Positions 1 through 8,617 of a DNA stretch of 64,000 nucleotides are shown one piece after another. The DNA is from Candidatus Pacebacteria bacterium CG_4_9_14_0_2_um_filter_40_15 (GTDB lineage: Bacteria; Patescibacteriota; Microgenomatia; UBA1400; PJMF01), in the NCBI GenBank assembly GCA_002788675.1, contig PFRS01000007.1, positions 270 through 64,269 of the forward strand. The letters run 5' to 3'. The notes under the pieces were generated by a model. That model saw only the letters and a list, made by a program, of their open reading frames with translations. It searched no databases and was not told the DNA's origin. Every line of letters begins with the position of its first letter. The stretch's first letter is position 1. Made by a program: the position numbers and the translations under genes.

Positions 1-35
1 GGTATTAATTATGTAAACATCAAATCGAAAAAAAT

Positions 36-938
36 ATGACAAGTTTGGATCAGACAGATGGTAGAGCCATAGGTGAAACAGGTGCCCTATTGGAAAAAAA
101 AACTGCCACAAATAAAATTTCTCAAGTTGAGTTTGATGCCCCAAAATATCAACCAAAAATTTTGAAGCTTTCTGAAATGGCATTGTCAATTTCAGATTCA
201 GACGGTGAGCATTATGTTAGTGAGGCGGGAAATAGTCATTATGGATTGCAAGAGATATTTGTTGTTGAGCAAACAACAGAAGGTGAAAAGATTGTATTAA
301 TCGAAGGTAAACGGGTTCAAAAAACTTTCCCTACTTGGGAGCTAACAGATACAGACCTTGTTAAATTGGGAAATTTTTTGGGATACATTCCAGTAACCAG
401 TTTTTTTGCCAAATGGGAACCAGGTTTATATAGTGATCGAGATTTTGTTTCGGAGTTAAGTCAACATGAAGCAGATGTAAAAAGAAGGCTTTTCTATGTT
501 GAAGTCTTAGTCAGAGCTGCTGGGACAAGTATTTTGCCTCTAGATTTTGATCAAGCAGTATGGGCACTAACTGCTCAACCAGAGAAAAAAAAGTACTCTC
601 CAGAGGATTTATTTGAATCATACACTGAAGTTTTATTGAGAAAAATTGAATTTTCCGATGAAGATAATCATGAAGCAGTGAAGATAATAAAAGAAAGTGT
701 GAAACGTTTAGAACTCTCAATTAAAAATGAAGAAGAGTTTATTGTTCAGTATTATTATGTATATGCAGCTTTGAAAATGATTGATTTCCAAGATATTGAA
801 CAAATAGTTGATTCATTAAGATATTTCCCATTTGTTGAAACTCTTATGAAGAAATTTGAAGATCAACCTGATGCTAGTTTTAGTGATAATTTGTTAGGGG
901 CTTTAAGTAGGTTCTCAATAGAATTCCGCAAAGATTAG
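36..938 (+). CDS. hypothetical protein (300 aa), no recognisable motif
   Basis: Long uninterrupted ORF with in-frame stops just upstream of the ATG; acidic, coiled-coil-like composition; no family recognised. Confidence 0.5.
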   Translation: MTSLDQTDGRAIGETGALLEKKTATNKISQVEFDAPKYQPKILKLSEMALSISDSDGEHYVSEAGNSHYGLQEIFVVEQTTEGEKIVLIEGKRVQKTFPTWELTDTDLVKLGNFLGYIPVTSFFAKWEPGLYSDRDFVSELSQHEADVKRRLFYVEVLVRAAGTSILPLDFDQAVWALTAQPEKKKYSPEDLFESYTEVLLRKIEFSDEDNHEAVKIIKESVKRLELSIKNEEEFIVQYYYVYAALKMIDFQDIEQIVDSLRYFPFVETLMKKFEDQPDASFSDNLLGALSRFSIEFRKD

Positions 939-1140
939 TTCTTTATTGGAAAGATTTTATGCATATACTTGATGAGCATAGTAGAGTGAAGCCAGGGGTG
1001 TTTATTTTGAAATAATTATTGGTATATGTCGGCCGTGTGGGAAGATGTTGGAACTTTTTTAAAGATTAATTCTAAAAAATCCGCAACAAATTTGAACAAT
1101 GTTTAGATATATAGTGTTTTATACATTTCATATATAATCT

Positions 1141-1815
1141 TTGAATATGCAAGAAAATCATCCTCAAACCCAAGATAATAATGAAATCAAGACTGTTCAA
1201 TCAGCTATGAATCTAACGTCAACAAATCCAATTCTATATATTCTTACAGGTTTTGGGGTTGCAGTAGTTGCATTTGGATTAGGATACATGGTCAGAGGAT
1301 ATTCAGTAGATGAATATATGGTTGCACAAGAAATCATAGCTCCAGAACCTATGACTCAAGAAGAAACTGTCAGTCCACTTGTAATGATGGAAGAACCAGC
1401 TGAAGCTAATTTACCATCAACAATTCTTGAAAGTGAAGATTTTGTGTATACAGATGAACAACTTGGTTTTTCACTAACATTGCCACCGAAATATTCAGTT
1501 ATTGGAGCAGATATTATGGGTAATGATGATGACAAAAGTGTTTCAATTATGTTTTATTTACCAGTAAATAATCTAGCTGGTGAATCATCAAGAGAAGACC
1601 TTTTTATAATAACTAGATTTGCACCTGGGACTGATATTTCTCAGCATGGCCCTGGAGGACAAAAAATAACTACTACTAAAGATGGAAATGACTATTATTT
1701 CTATGCAAATCGTGCTATTGGACTGCATCCAGAGCAACCAGAATACGAAGTCTACTTTTCTTTGGGGGGAGATCAAGCCTTTGATCTAGTTAAGGATGGA
1801 TTTAAATTACTTTAA
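1141..1815 (+). CDS. hypothetical membrane-anchored protein (single N-terminal TM helix)
   Basis: ORF with a hydrophobic stretch ILYILTGFGVAVVAFGLGYMV near the N-terminus; no family recognised. Confidence 0.5.
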   Translation: MNMQENHPQTQDNNEIKTVQSAMNLTSTNPILYILTGFGVAVVAFGLGYMVRGYSVDEYMVAQEIIAPEPMTQEETVSPLVMMEEPAEANLPSTILESEDFVYTDEQLGFSLTLPPKYSVIGADIMGNDDDKSVSIMFYLPVNNLAGESSREDLFIITRFAPGTDISQHGPGGQKITTTKDGNDYYFYANRAIGLHPEQPEYEVYFSLGGDQAFDLVKDGFKLL

Positions 1816-1824
1816 GAATTTTAT

Positions 1825-2073
1825 ATGAATAACCAGATTATTTCATATTGTTTTGTTTGTAAAAATCTAGTAGAAATTGACGCAAATAATTTATCATTTT
1901 CTCAAGATATTGAAAGTAAAACTTTAAATGCAGGAGCTTTTCCAGCTAAATTTGATGTTGATAAAGGCATTTATTGTATAGATATTGAAGAAGTAGAAAA
2001 TAAAAATGAGATACTAGAGGCAGTTAAATCTCTATTGCTGGGTTATGGTGTTGTTATTTTAGAAATTAACTAA
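1825..2073 (+). CDS. small hypothetical protein (82 aa)
   Basis: ORF starts 10 bp after the preceding gene, same strand; no motif. Confidence 0.35.
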   Translation: MNNQIISYCFVCKNLVEIDANNLSFSQDIESKTLNAGAFPAKFDVDKGIYCIDIEEVENKNEILEAVKSLLLGYGVVILEIN

Positions 2074-2123
2074 ATAAATATTTTATTTTGCAGGTTTGTA
2101 TAAAAATGAATTTATATAGTACA

Positions 2124-2283
2124 TGTCGGGGAAACAGGACTCCTCGCTCGCTTCGCTCACTGCGGGATGCTCGTACTGTAGGAGGCTTACGCAATTTATA
2201 ACTCGCATAGCGACCCATAGGTTCAATCCTTTGCTTGCTCCAATACACAAAAAAACCCACCAAAAGGTGGATTTTTTCGTGTG
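2124..2283 (-). repeat. mini-element downstream of tRNA-Pro. Displaced copy of the tRNA-Pro 3' end (2124-2142, 19/19 identical to 2282-2300) is fused to the conserved motif CTCGCTTCGCTCAC (2147-2160, reverse complement of GTGAGCGAAGCGAG)
   Basis: Direct sequence comparison. The duplicated block starts at G57 of the T-loop and runs through the discriminator. The same 14-mer and the same architecture recur after tRNA-Gly. Confidence 0.7.
2250..2278. terminator. bidirectional hairpin plus T/A tracts (cccacc-aaaa-ggtgg-tttttt), terminates tRNA-Pro
   Basis: GC stem CCACC/GGTGG flanked by an A-run and a T-run, immediately 3' of tRNA-Pro on the minus strand. Confidence 0.6.
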
Positions 2284-2357
2284 TCGGGGAAACAGGACTC
2301 GAACCTGCGACCTCACGGTCCCAAACCGCGCACTCTAGCCATCTGAGCTATTCCCCG
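2284..2357 (-). tRNA. tRNA-Pro (anticodon TGG)
   Basis: Reverse complement folds as a cloverleaf. Acceptor stem CGGGGAA/TTCCCCG. D arm GCTC-AGATGGCTA-GAGT. Anticodon stem CGCGG/CCGTG with loop TTTGGGA. T arm GCAGG-TTCGAGT-CCTGT. Discriminator A. No encoded CCA. Confidence 0.85.
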
Positions 2358-2598
2358 AATTGTTATGTAAAGAACAAGATCAAATTATACCGCACTAATG
2401 AGTATTATTCGAGATGGTCTTTTGTACTATGACTCATGGTTGGTATCTTTTCGTAAGATATCTATCAGAGGTCGAGCAGGAATCAAGGCAAGTTTTTGCC
2501 AAAAGGCTTCTTGTTTTTTTTCTTTGTCTCTTCTCTCTTTCCAATCATCAAGATCTTTTTGGGAGATCTCTTGATGAGTTTCTTTTTGAGTCATTGTG

Positions 2599-2682
2599 TG
2601 CCGCGGGTGGGAATCGAACCCACACGATATTGCTATCACGAGATTTTAAGTCTCGCGCGTCTACCAATTCCGCCACCACGGC
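2599..2682 (-). tRNA. tRNA-Leu (anticodon TAA), long variable arm
   Basis: Reverse complement: acceptor GCCGTGG/CCGCGGC, anticodon stem CGAGA/TCTCG with loop CTTAAAA, long variable arm, T arm GTGGG-TTCGATT-CCCAC, discriminator A. No encoded CCA. Confidence 0.85.
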
Positions 2683-2764
2683 TTGTTCACTTTAGAACAC
2701 TCACGATTATATCACCACAATTATCTTACTTGAAGTACAAGGAGAAGTTCTTTAGAATGAAACT

Positions 2765-5700
2765 ATGACTATGGATTCACGGCCTACGGCCGTACATACG
2801 ATCGAAAATACTCCGCCTCCTCCTCAAGAGCAGGAACATCCATTTATGGTTGGTGAACAACTTGGTGTTCTAAAGATTAATAATCCAGGTAGTGTTTTTG
2901 ATGGAATGGAGATTCCAATTCCAAGACAAAGACGAGAATTAAGTCGCAATGTGTCTGAAGCTTTGCTTTCTGAAATGCAGAATCCCGTACAACAACTCTT
3001 GCAGTTAGTGGAGAATGTAACCAATCAATCATTTGCACAAGGAGCTAAAACATATCAAGGTGAAAACAGAAAAATTCTCATACATAAGATACTTGAAAAC
3101 TTGTCTGATTCTCCTAAGTATAGAAAGCTACTCGAAAAATTTGCTAGTGGGAGCAGTGAATTTTCAAAAATAGTTATAAATGCGACTGTGTATATGTTAA
3201 GTAATACCAATTACTTGAAGGCAATTATTGGATTTGTTGTTGATGGTTGGGATAGTTCAAGAGCACCTCGAAGAATTCAAGACTTTGAGGATGCTATGCG
3301 CGAGGCAAGTTGGCAGGTGCAACAAGAACGCGATCCTGGTTTTTACCAGCAAACGCAAGCAGGACACTTTTCAGTTCAAACAGTACTTAATCCAGCAGTG
3401 GCATATGATCTTTTTTCATTTTATCAACTCACACAGCAGACAGAAACAGTGGGCTTAGTGCCCACTGAATCATTTGAATCTGATCATCCAAAGCAAATCC
3501 GACCAGGACAAGATGAAGAAGAGTATAAAAAAGAACAACTCGCACATTTAGAAAGATTGGAGGCTGAAAAGGCTGCTCGAGATGCTGCTGCTGCGCGTCC
3601 ACTTGCTCGTATAAAAAAGAAGCTGCAAGAGGCTGCTAATACATTTTCAGACCAGCAAAAGGAATTTCCTGAAGAGCCAGTGAGACAGGTTACATCTGAA
3701 GAATTTGAAGCAAAAGCTGCTGAGCGTCAACTTTTTGCAAATACCGAAAAACTTAATCGACTGGAAAAGGATTTTAGATCTGCAGTAGTGGGAGTAACCA
3801 TTGCAAATAAGATTGAGCTAATGCGAGAAGCAGCAGAGTTTCTCGAAACAGATTACGGTGAAGAAAAAGCAACACTCACAAGATATGAGCGACTTACAAA
3901 AAAATTAAAAGCAAAGTTATCTGGTAGACATTTTAGTCCTGAGTCAGCCGAAGCATTTTTACGATTACAAGAAGTGTATAAGTTTGATCCAAATAGTGAG
4001 GCTGTTAACCGATTACTTGATCAAGAATTTGGTTTAGATCAGGCTGAGATTACTGCATTAAATAGCACCAGAAATGGACGTAAAGATCTTGAAAAATTAA
4101 TCAGACGTGCTCGTGCAATAGTTACGCATGGTTTTACTAGAGATACCCAACATGGGATTGCTGAAGTTACTTTTGGTAAGGAACCAAGGCATTTTGTTAT
4201 ACTTGTTCATGGAGCACCTTACAAAATTGAATATTACAATAAGGATGGCTTTATAACTCAAGAATTGTTGATCAGAGCAGTACAAAATCTCGAATATACA
4301 CATGCTGATCAAAGTAAAGATCCAGAAGTACTCAAACAGAGACAAGTCATAGCTTCAATCTGGACTGAGTTAAGTTACAATCCTAAAAAAAATGAAATAG
4401 TAACTGATCCTCTTTTGTTAGACCAATTTATCAAAAAGTTTTTGAGGTCTGATTTAAAAAATACATCACAAGTTACACTGCAAATTGCTGATTCAATCAG
4501 GGCATTAATAAGTGCAGACTTTTCTGTCTCTGTGGGGGCAGATGAAGTTCCAGCTTTTGGAGCTGACGATCAAGCTGGGGAAATGCTCTCGTTGGTATTT
4601 GGAGGACAGCACATTGATATTTCAGATAATATTGGGGCGTTTTGTCAGCAATTTCTTGACTCTGATGAGATGAATAATAAACGAACACTATCAAACATTG
4701 CAAATTTTTTTGAAAAAGATAGTTGGGCGACACAATTACTTATAAAGATTAATTCACAATTTGATCATGGTTTGACTGATGGACGGGAAGCTCAAGAGAC
4801 TAATGCGGAATTATTACTGAGGTTATCTCAATATTTGGTAAGTGTGGGCAATGTTGCAGCAAGTAGAAAGATACTTCCAGAAGCACTACTCGCACAAAGT
4901 CTGAGTCTTGGTGTAATTGATGGTGAAATGGTGTTTGATGATGAAAAGGTTATTGCCGAGAATGTACACGAGTACAGTTATTCACTTCCGGACTTGCCCG
5001 AAGCCCTCGTTAACTCACCCAAAGCGTTAACTAAGGAGCTTGATAGAAGTGTCACTATTACTATGGAGAATGAGCTTAGAGATCGACTTGAAGCTATTGA
5101 TAGCATGAGTCTTAGGGAACTTTTTGACGGGGCAGGTACAATGGTTGATCGATTTGTAAATGTAACTGTTGATGTTCAGATGAATGCTATTAGAGAACCT
5201 GCATGGCAAGAACACTTGCGCTTGAATCCAGATATTCCATCCAAGAGTCCCAGGAAAATACAAGTTATCAAAGATACATTTTATATAGATTTGGAGACTG
5301 GTCTTCGAGACACAGTTAAAATTTTTCTAAATGGGGATCATGAGCTCATGAAGGAAGTACAAGAAAAATTACAGCTCAAAAAATATGATTTCTCAGCTGC
5401 GGCTCGGCTGTACGGGGTTGCTGATGTTTCAAAAATTTCTGCTGTTGAATATAGTCGATTTATGGCAGATCGTACTACATTGGCAGGAGAAAGCGATACA
5501 TTTAACATCCTTGCTCAATATGAACAAATTAATACTGTTGCACGAAAAGTAAAACGTAGGCTAACTGCAATTCAAAAACAAAAAAAAGAGGCTGAACATA
5601 CAAGAGATACTATTAGTGATGTTCTTGATATCAAGACTGTTTATGATGAGACTTACGCACGACTTAATTCAACTGAAGAGCAAGATTTATTACAGTTGTT

Positions 5701-6898
5701 AGATGAAATGAATGCGGCCCTTAAGCAAATTAATTTGGTGCTGACTCGATGTCTTTATGATAAAGAATTGTTTGCTACCGATGCCTCTGGGTCAGTGAGA
5801 GAAAGTGATCCGATTATAGCTCAAGTCCACAACCTACAATTAAACAGAATTAGTTCGGTCACCGCAATTCATTATGCTCAACTTATGGCGGACATGATGA
5901 ACATGATGAGTGATGATATGAGGCCTGCATTGCGTAGATTACCCACATCACGTAACATTGCTGAAATTCCTACGAGTAGGCTCGATTTTCACACTATGAC
6001 TGGGTATGCAGAAACAATGTTAAGTATGCAAAGCTTTGCAGAGATTTGGGCTGACACAAATAAAGATAGAACGGATGGGAAAGCACAAGTGCTTGAAGCA
6101 TTTAAGGATATAATTCAAGATTTTGTTGTAAATTATAGTATGCAGTTTCAAATAGGTGTTGATCAGGCACGAAAGCAAGTCAGTGATACGTCAGTATTAT
6201 CTGCTGGTACTAACAGATTTACTCAGTGGTTACTGGAAGTTTCTTTGCAATACACGGGTCTCACCGGGGTACTGGCTCAACAGCGCACGGGCAATATGAT
6301 TTCAGTGGTAGATTCAAATCCCGGTGTTGCTGGAGGGTATAGTTTACTGAGTCTGAGTGAAGGAGAGATGAGTGAAGCCGAGCATCTTACTGCGGTTTTA
6401 AATAGCAGCCATGGTCAAGATTCATTTCATACAGCTGGATCAAAAAATGTTGGTACTGCTATGGGAGTTACTCGAGTACACGATGGGGAAAATTCTCATT
6501 ATGCCTTTAAAGGTCGTAAGGCTGTCACTGATCAGCATCTAGATCAAATTGCCATGGCCATGCTGGGAGTAGAACGAAATGTAGCACGAGAATTAGTTGA
6601 AGGTATAAAACCTGGGTATTACTTTAATCAGCTGACTGTGCCGCAGCGCCGAGAGGCTCTCCATACAGCTAAGAGTGAGCTGGTTGAACAAACTAAATCT
6701 ATGTATTACTGGTACTTCTTTATTAACGTTATTACTAAAATGGATATGAATCAGGTGGGAACAAGGTATGATGAATGGGTGGTATCGGAAAGTTCACTCT
6801 CATTTATTAAATATGTTATGGAACAGGAACTGCCAAAGTATAACTTGAGTGAAGAGGCTATGGATTTCTATCAAAATGGTCCTAGATTGAACGCCTAG
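2765..6898 (+). CDS. giant orphan protein (1377 aa). No signal peptide, no P-loop, coiled-coil rich, no recognisable domain
   Basis: Single 4.1-kb ORF with no sizeable competing ORFs. Flanked by tRNA-Leu upstream and tRNA-Gly 30 bp downstream. Confidence 0.7.
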   Translation: MTMDSRPTAVHTIENTPPPPQEQEHPFMVGEQLGVLKINNPGSVFDGMEIPIPRQRRELSRNVSEALLSEMQNPVQQLLQLVENVTNQSFAQGAKTYQGENRKILIHKILENLSDSPKYRKLLEKFASGSSEFSKIVINATVYMLSNTNYLKAIIGFVVDGWDSSRAPRRIQDFEDAMREASWQVQQERDPGFYQQTQAGHFSVQTVLNPAVAYDLFSFYQLTQQTETVGLVPTESFESDHPKQIRPGQDEEEYKKEQLAHLERLEAEKAARDAAAARPLARIKKKLQEAANTFSDQQKEFPEEPVRQVTSEEFEAKAAERQLFANTEKLNRLEKDFRSAVVGVTIANKIELMREAAEFLETDYGEEKATLTRYERLTKKLKAKLSGRHFSPESAEAFLRLQEVYKFDPNSEAVNRLLDQEFGLDQAEITALNSTRNGRKDLEKLIRRARAIVTHGFTRDTQHGIAEVTFGKEPRHFVILVHGAPYKIEYYNKDGFITQELLIRAVQNLEYTHADQSKDPEVLKQRQVIASIWTELSYNPKKNEIVTDPLLLDQFIKKFLRSDLKNTSQVTLQIADSIRALISADFSVSVGADEVPAFGADDQAGEMLSLVFGGQHIDISDNIGAFCQQFLDSDEMNNKRTLSNIANFFEKDSWATQLLIKINSQFDHGLTDGREAQETNAELLLRLSQYLVSVGNVAASRKILPEALLAQSLSLGVIDGEMVFDDEKVIAENVHEYSYSLPDLPEALVNSPKALTKELDRSVTITMENELRDRLEAIDSMSLRELFDGAGTMVDRFVNVTVDVQMNAIREPAWQEHLRLNPDIPSKSPRKIQVIKDTFYIDLETGLRDTVKIFLNGDHELMKEVQEKLQLKKYDFSAAARLYGVADVSKISAVEYSRFMADRTTLAGESDTFNILAQYEQINTVARKVKRRLTAIQKQKKEAEHTRDTISDVLDIKTVYDETYARLNSTEEQDLLQLLDEMNAALKQINLVLTRCLYDKELFATDASGSVRESDPIIAQVHNLQLNRISSVTAIHYAQLMADMMNMMSDDMRPALRRLPTSRNIAEIPTSRLDFHTMTGYAETMLSMQSFAEIWADTNKDRTDGKAQVLEAFKDIIQDFVVNYSMQFQIGVDQARKQVSDTSVLSAGTNRFTQWLLEVSLQYTGLTGVLAQQRTGNMISVVDSNPGVAGGYSLLSLSEGEMSEAEHLTAVLNSSHGQDSFHTAGSKNVGTAMGVTRVHDGENSHYAFKGRKAVTDQHLDQIAMAMLGVERNVARELVEGIKPGYYFNQLTVPQRREALHTAKSELVEQTKSMYYWYFFINVITKMDMNQVGTRYDEWVVSESSLSFIKYVMEQELPKYNLSEEAMDFYQNGPRLNA

Positions 6899-6927
6899 TT
6901 GCAGGTATAATTCGGGGTGTTAAGAGC

Positions 6928-6999
6928 GCGGGTATAGTACAACGGCTAGTATGACTGCCTTCCAAGCAGTAGATGGCGGTTCGATTCCGCTTACCCGCT
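6928..6999 (+). tRNA. tRNA-Gly (anticodon TCC)
   Basis: Acceptor GCGGGTA/TACCCGC. D stem GTAC/GTAT. Anticodon stem ACTGC/GCAGT with loop CTTCCAA. T arm GGCGG-TTCGATT-CCGC. Discriminator T. Confidence 0.85.
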
Positions 7000-7201
7000 C
7001 AGAAATGAAAATAGGCCGTCAGGCCTCTTTTTATTTCTGAATGGTGTAGATACGGAACTAATCTAGCGAGATGAATATCGAGCTAAGTTCTGACGGAGAG
7101 TGCGATAGCACCCGCCTAATGCATGTGAGCGAAGCGAGTCGTAGATTCCGCTTACCCGCTCAGAAAATAAAAAAGGCCGTGAGGCCTGTTTTTATTTTAG
7201 A
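7000..7201 (+). repeat. mini-element downstream of tRNA-Gly. About 103 bp of unique sequence (7041-7143) ends in GTGAGCGAAGCGAG (7125-7138). It is followed by a ~58-bp imperfect direct repeat (7144-7201) of the tRNA-Gly 3' end plus its terminator (6983-7040)
   Basis: 23/23 identity between 6983-7005 and 7144-7166. The second hairpin ggccgtgaggcc + tttttatttt is a near copy of the first with compensatory changes. Confidence 0.75.
7011..7040 (+). terminator. rho-independent terminator after tRNA-Gly (aggccgtcaggcct + ctttttatttc)
   Basis: Perfect GC hairpin followed by a T-run. Confidence 0.65.
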
Positions 7202-7914
7202 AGTTCTAACACTTTTTCTTCTGGCAGCTCAATGTATTTTTCACCATCTAAGTCACCAATATCAAATGGTCCCATTTTTGTGCGAACAAGTTCAATAGTG
7301 TCGTATCCTACTCTCTCAGTCATACGGCGAATTTGTCTGTTTCTGCCTTCTGTAATGGTTATTTCAATCCAGGTTTGGTTTTCTTCATGTGACAAAACAG
7401 TAACCTCTGCTGGTTTTGTGTAGCCATCTTTGAGTTTGACGCCTCTTCTGAGGTGATCAAGCGCTAAATTGGTGGGTTTACTACTGAGAAGAACTTCATA
7501 GGTTTTTGCTATTTCGTATCTTGGGTGAGTAAGTGTGTGAGCTAGCTCTCCATTATTGGTAACTAGCATAAGGCCTTCACTCTCTTGGTCAAGTCGTCCA
7601 ACTGGATAAACGCGTTCAGTTATTTTTGGTATGAGTTCAAGAACAGTTTTTCTGCCAACTTCATCTGAAGTAGTTGAAATATATCCCACTGGTTTATTTA
7701 TCAGAAAATAACGATGTTTTTGAGGTGCTGAGATAGGTTTTCCGTCGATTGAAACTTTGTCTTTGTGAGGGTTTACGCGTTGACCAATTTTTGCAACAGA
7801 ACCATTTACTGTTACGACTCCAGTTTCAATAAGAGCCTCGGATTTTCTTCGTGAAGCAATGCCAGCTCTAGCAAGGAAGAGTTGCAGCTTGATTGTTGAT
7901 GTATTGCTCGTCAT
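7192..7914 (-). CDS. 16S/23S rRNA pseudouridine synthase, RsuA/RluB family (S4 domain + PseudoU_synth_2)
   Basis: N-terminal S4-like RNA-binding region plus the catalytic motif region YPVGRLDQESEGLMLVTNNGELAH, typical of the RluB/RsuA family. Confidence 0.85.
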   Translation of the reverse strand: MTSNTSTIKLQLFLARAGIASRRKSEALIETGVVTVNGSVAKIGQRVNPHKDKVSIDGKPISAPQKHRYFLINKPVGYISTTSDEVGRKTVLELIPKITERVYPVGRLDQESEGLMLVTNNGELAHTLTHPRYEIAKTYEVLLSSKPTNLALDHLRRGVKLKDGYTKPAEVTVLSHEENQTWIEITITEGRNRQIRRMTERVGYDTIELVRTKMGPFDIGDLDGEKYIELPEEKVLELLK

Positions 7915-7930
7915 AATATGTTCCTGTTGT

Positions 7931-8608
7931 ATGAAAAAAACACTTATTATCTCTGATCTTCACTTAAATAATAGCTTCGATAGAGAATTATCGCATTATA
8001 TCGCGAATTTAGTCAGATCTGTTGACCAAGTTATAATCAATGGGGACTTTTGGGATCACTATATTTGTAGTTTTGATGAGTTTGTTGCATCTGAATGGAA
8101 TCAGCTCTTTCCTATTCTTAGAGAAAAAAATGCCATATTTATATATGGTAATCATGATAAGGCTGCCTTTTCAGATGAACGTGTAACCTTCTTTAGTGCA
8201 AAGCAAGTTGTTGAATACACACTTCACTCGGGTGATAAACGTTTCATTATTGAGCATGGAAATCGAATCGCACCTGAAATGGATGATAAACATCCAACAC
8301 TTGCAAATCTATTTGATAGATTTTATCCTCGATTTTATTTTTACATGATGAAGGATCTGTGGGCAACACGATTTATTCATAGAAAATTTATGTATCCAAA
8401 GCAAGAAAAACTTGATGTCATCTTACAGAGATATTTCTCTCGACTAGATGATGCCTCTGTAGATGGCTACATTTGTGGTCACTCACATATATTTGCTGCA
8501 TCACCGACTTTTAAATATTATAATTCTGGTTACTTTTTTGCAGGTGAAGCGCACTATCTTATTATTGAAGATGGTACTATCTCAAGACATTCTGAGTTTT
8601 ATTGGTAG
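7931..8608 (+). CDS. calcineurin-like metallophosphoesterase (YfcE/LpxH-like)
   Basis: Motifs ISDLHL, INGDFWD and YGNHD. The ORF track starts at 7859 and overlaps the upstream gene. The start is more likely the ATG at 7931 (MKKTLIISDLHL). Confidence 0.7.
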   Translation: MKKTLIISDLHLNNSFDRELSHYIANLVRSVDQVIINGDFWDHYICSFDEFVASEWNQLFPILREKNAIFIYGNHDKAAFSDERVTFFSAKQVVEYTLHSGDKRFIIEHGNRIAPEMDDKHPTLANLFDRFYPRFYFYMMKDLWATRFIHRKFMYPKQEKLDVILQRYFSRLDDASVDGYICGHSHIFAASPTFKYYNSGYFFAGEAHYLIIEDGTISRHSEFYW

Positions 8609-8617
8609 AATACTTTC

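Noticed and set aside
2066-2768. Several 60-95-aa ORFs from the six-frame track (2066..2263, 2083..2316, 2123..2338, 2235..2432, 2414..2695, 2427..2639, 2496..2768)
   Set aside because: They overlap tRNA-Pro, tRNA-Leu, their terminators and the displaced tRNA fragment. The sequence here is explained by RNA genes and repeats, not coding.
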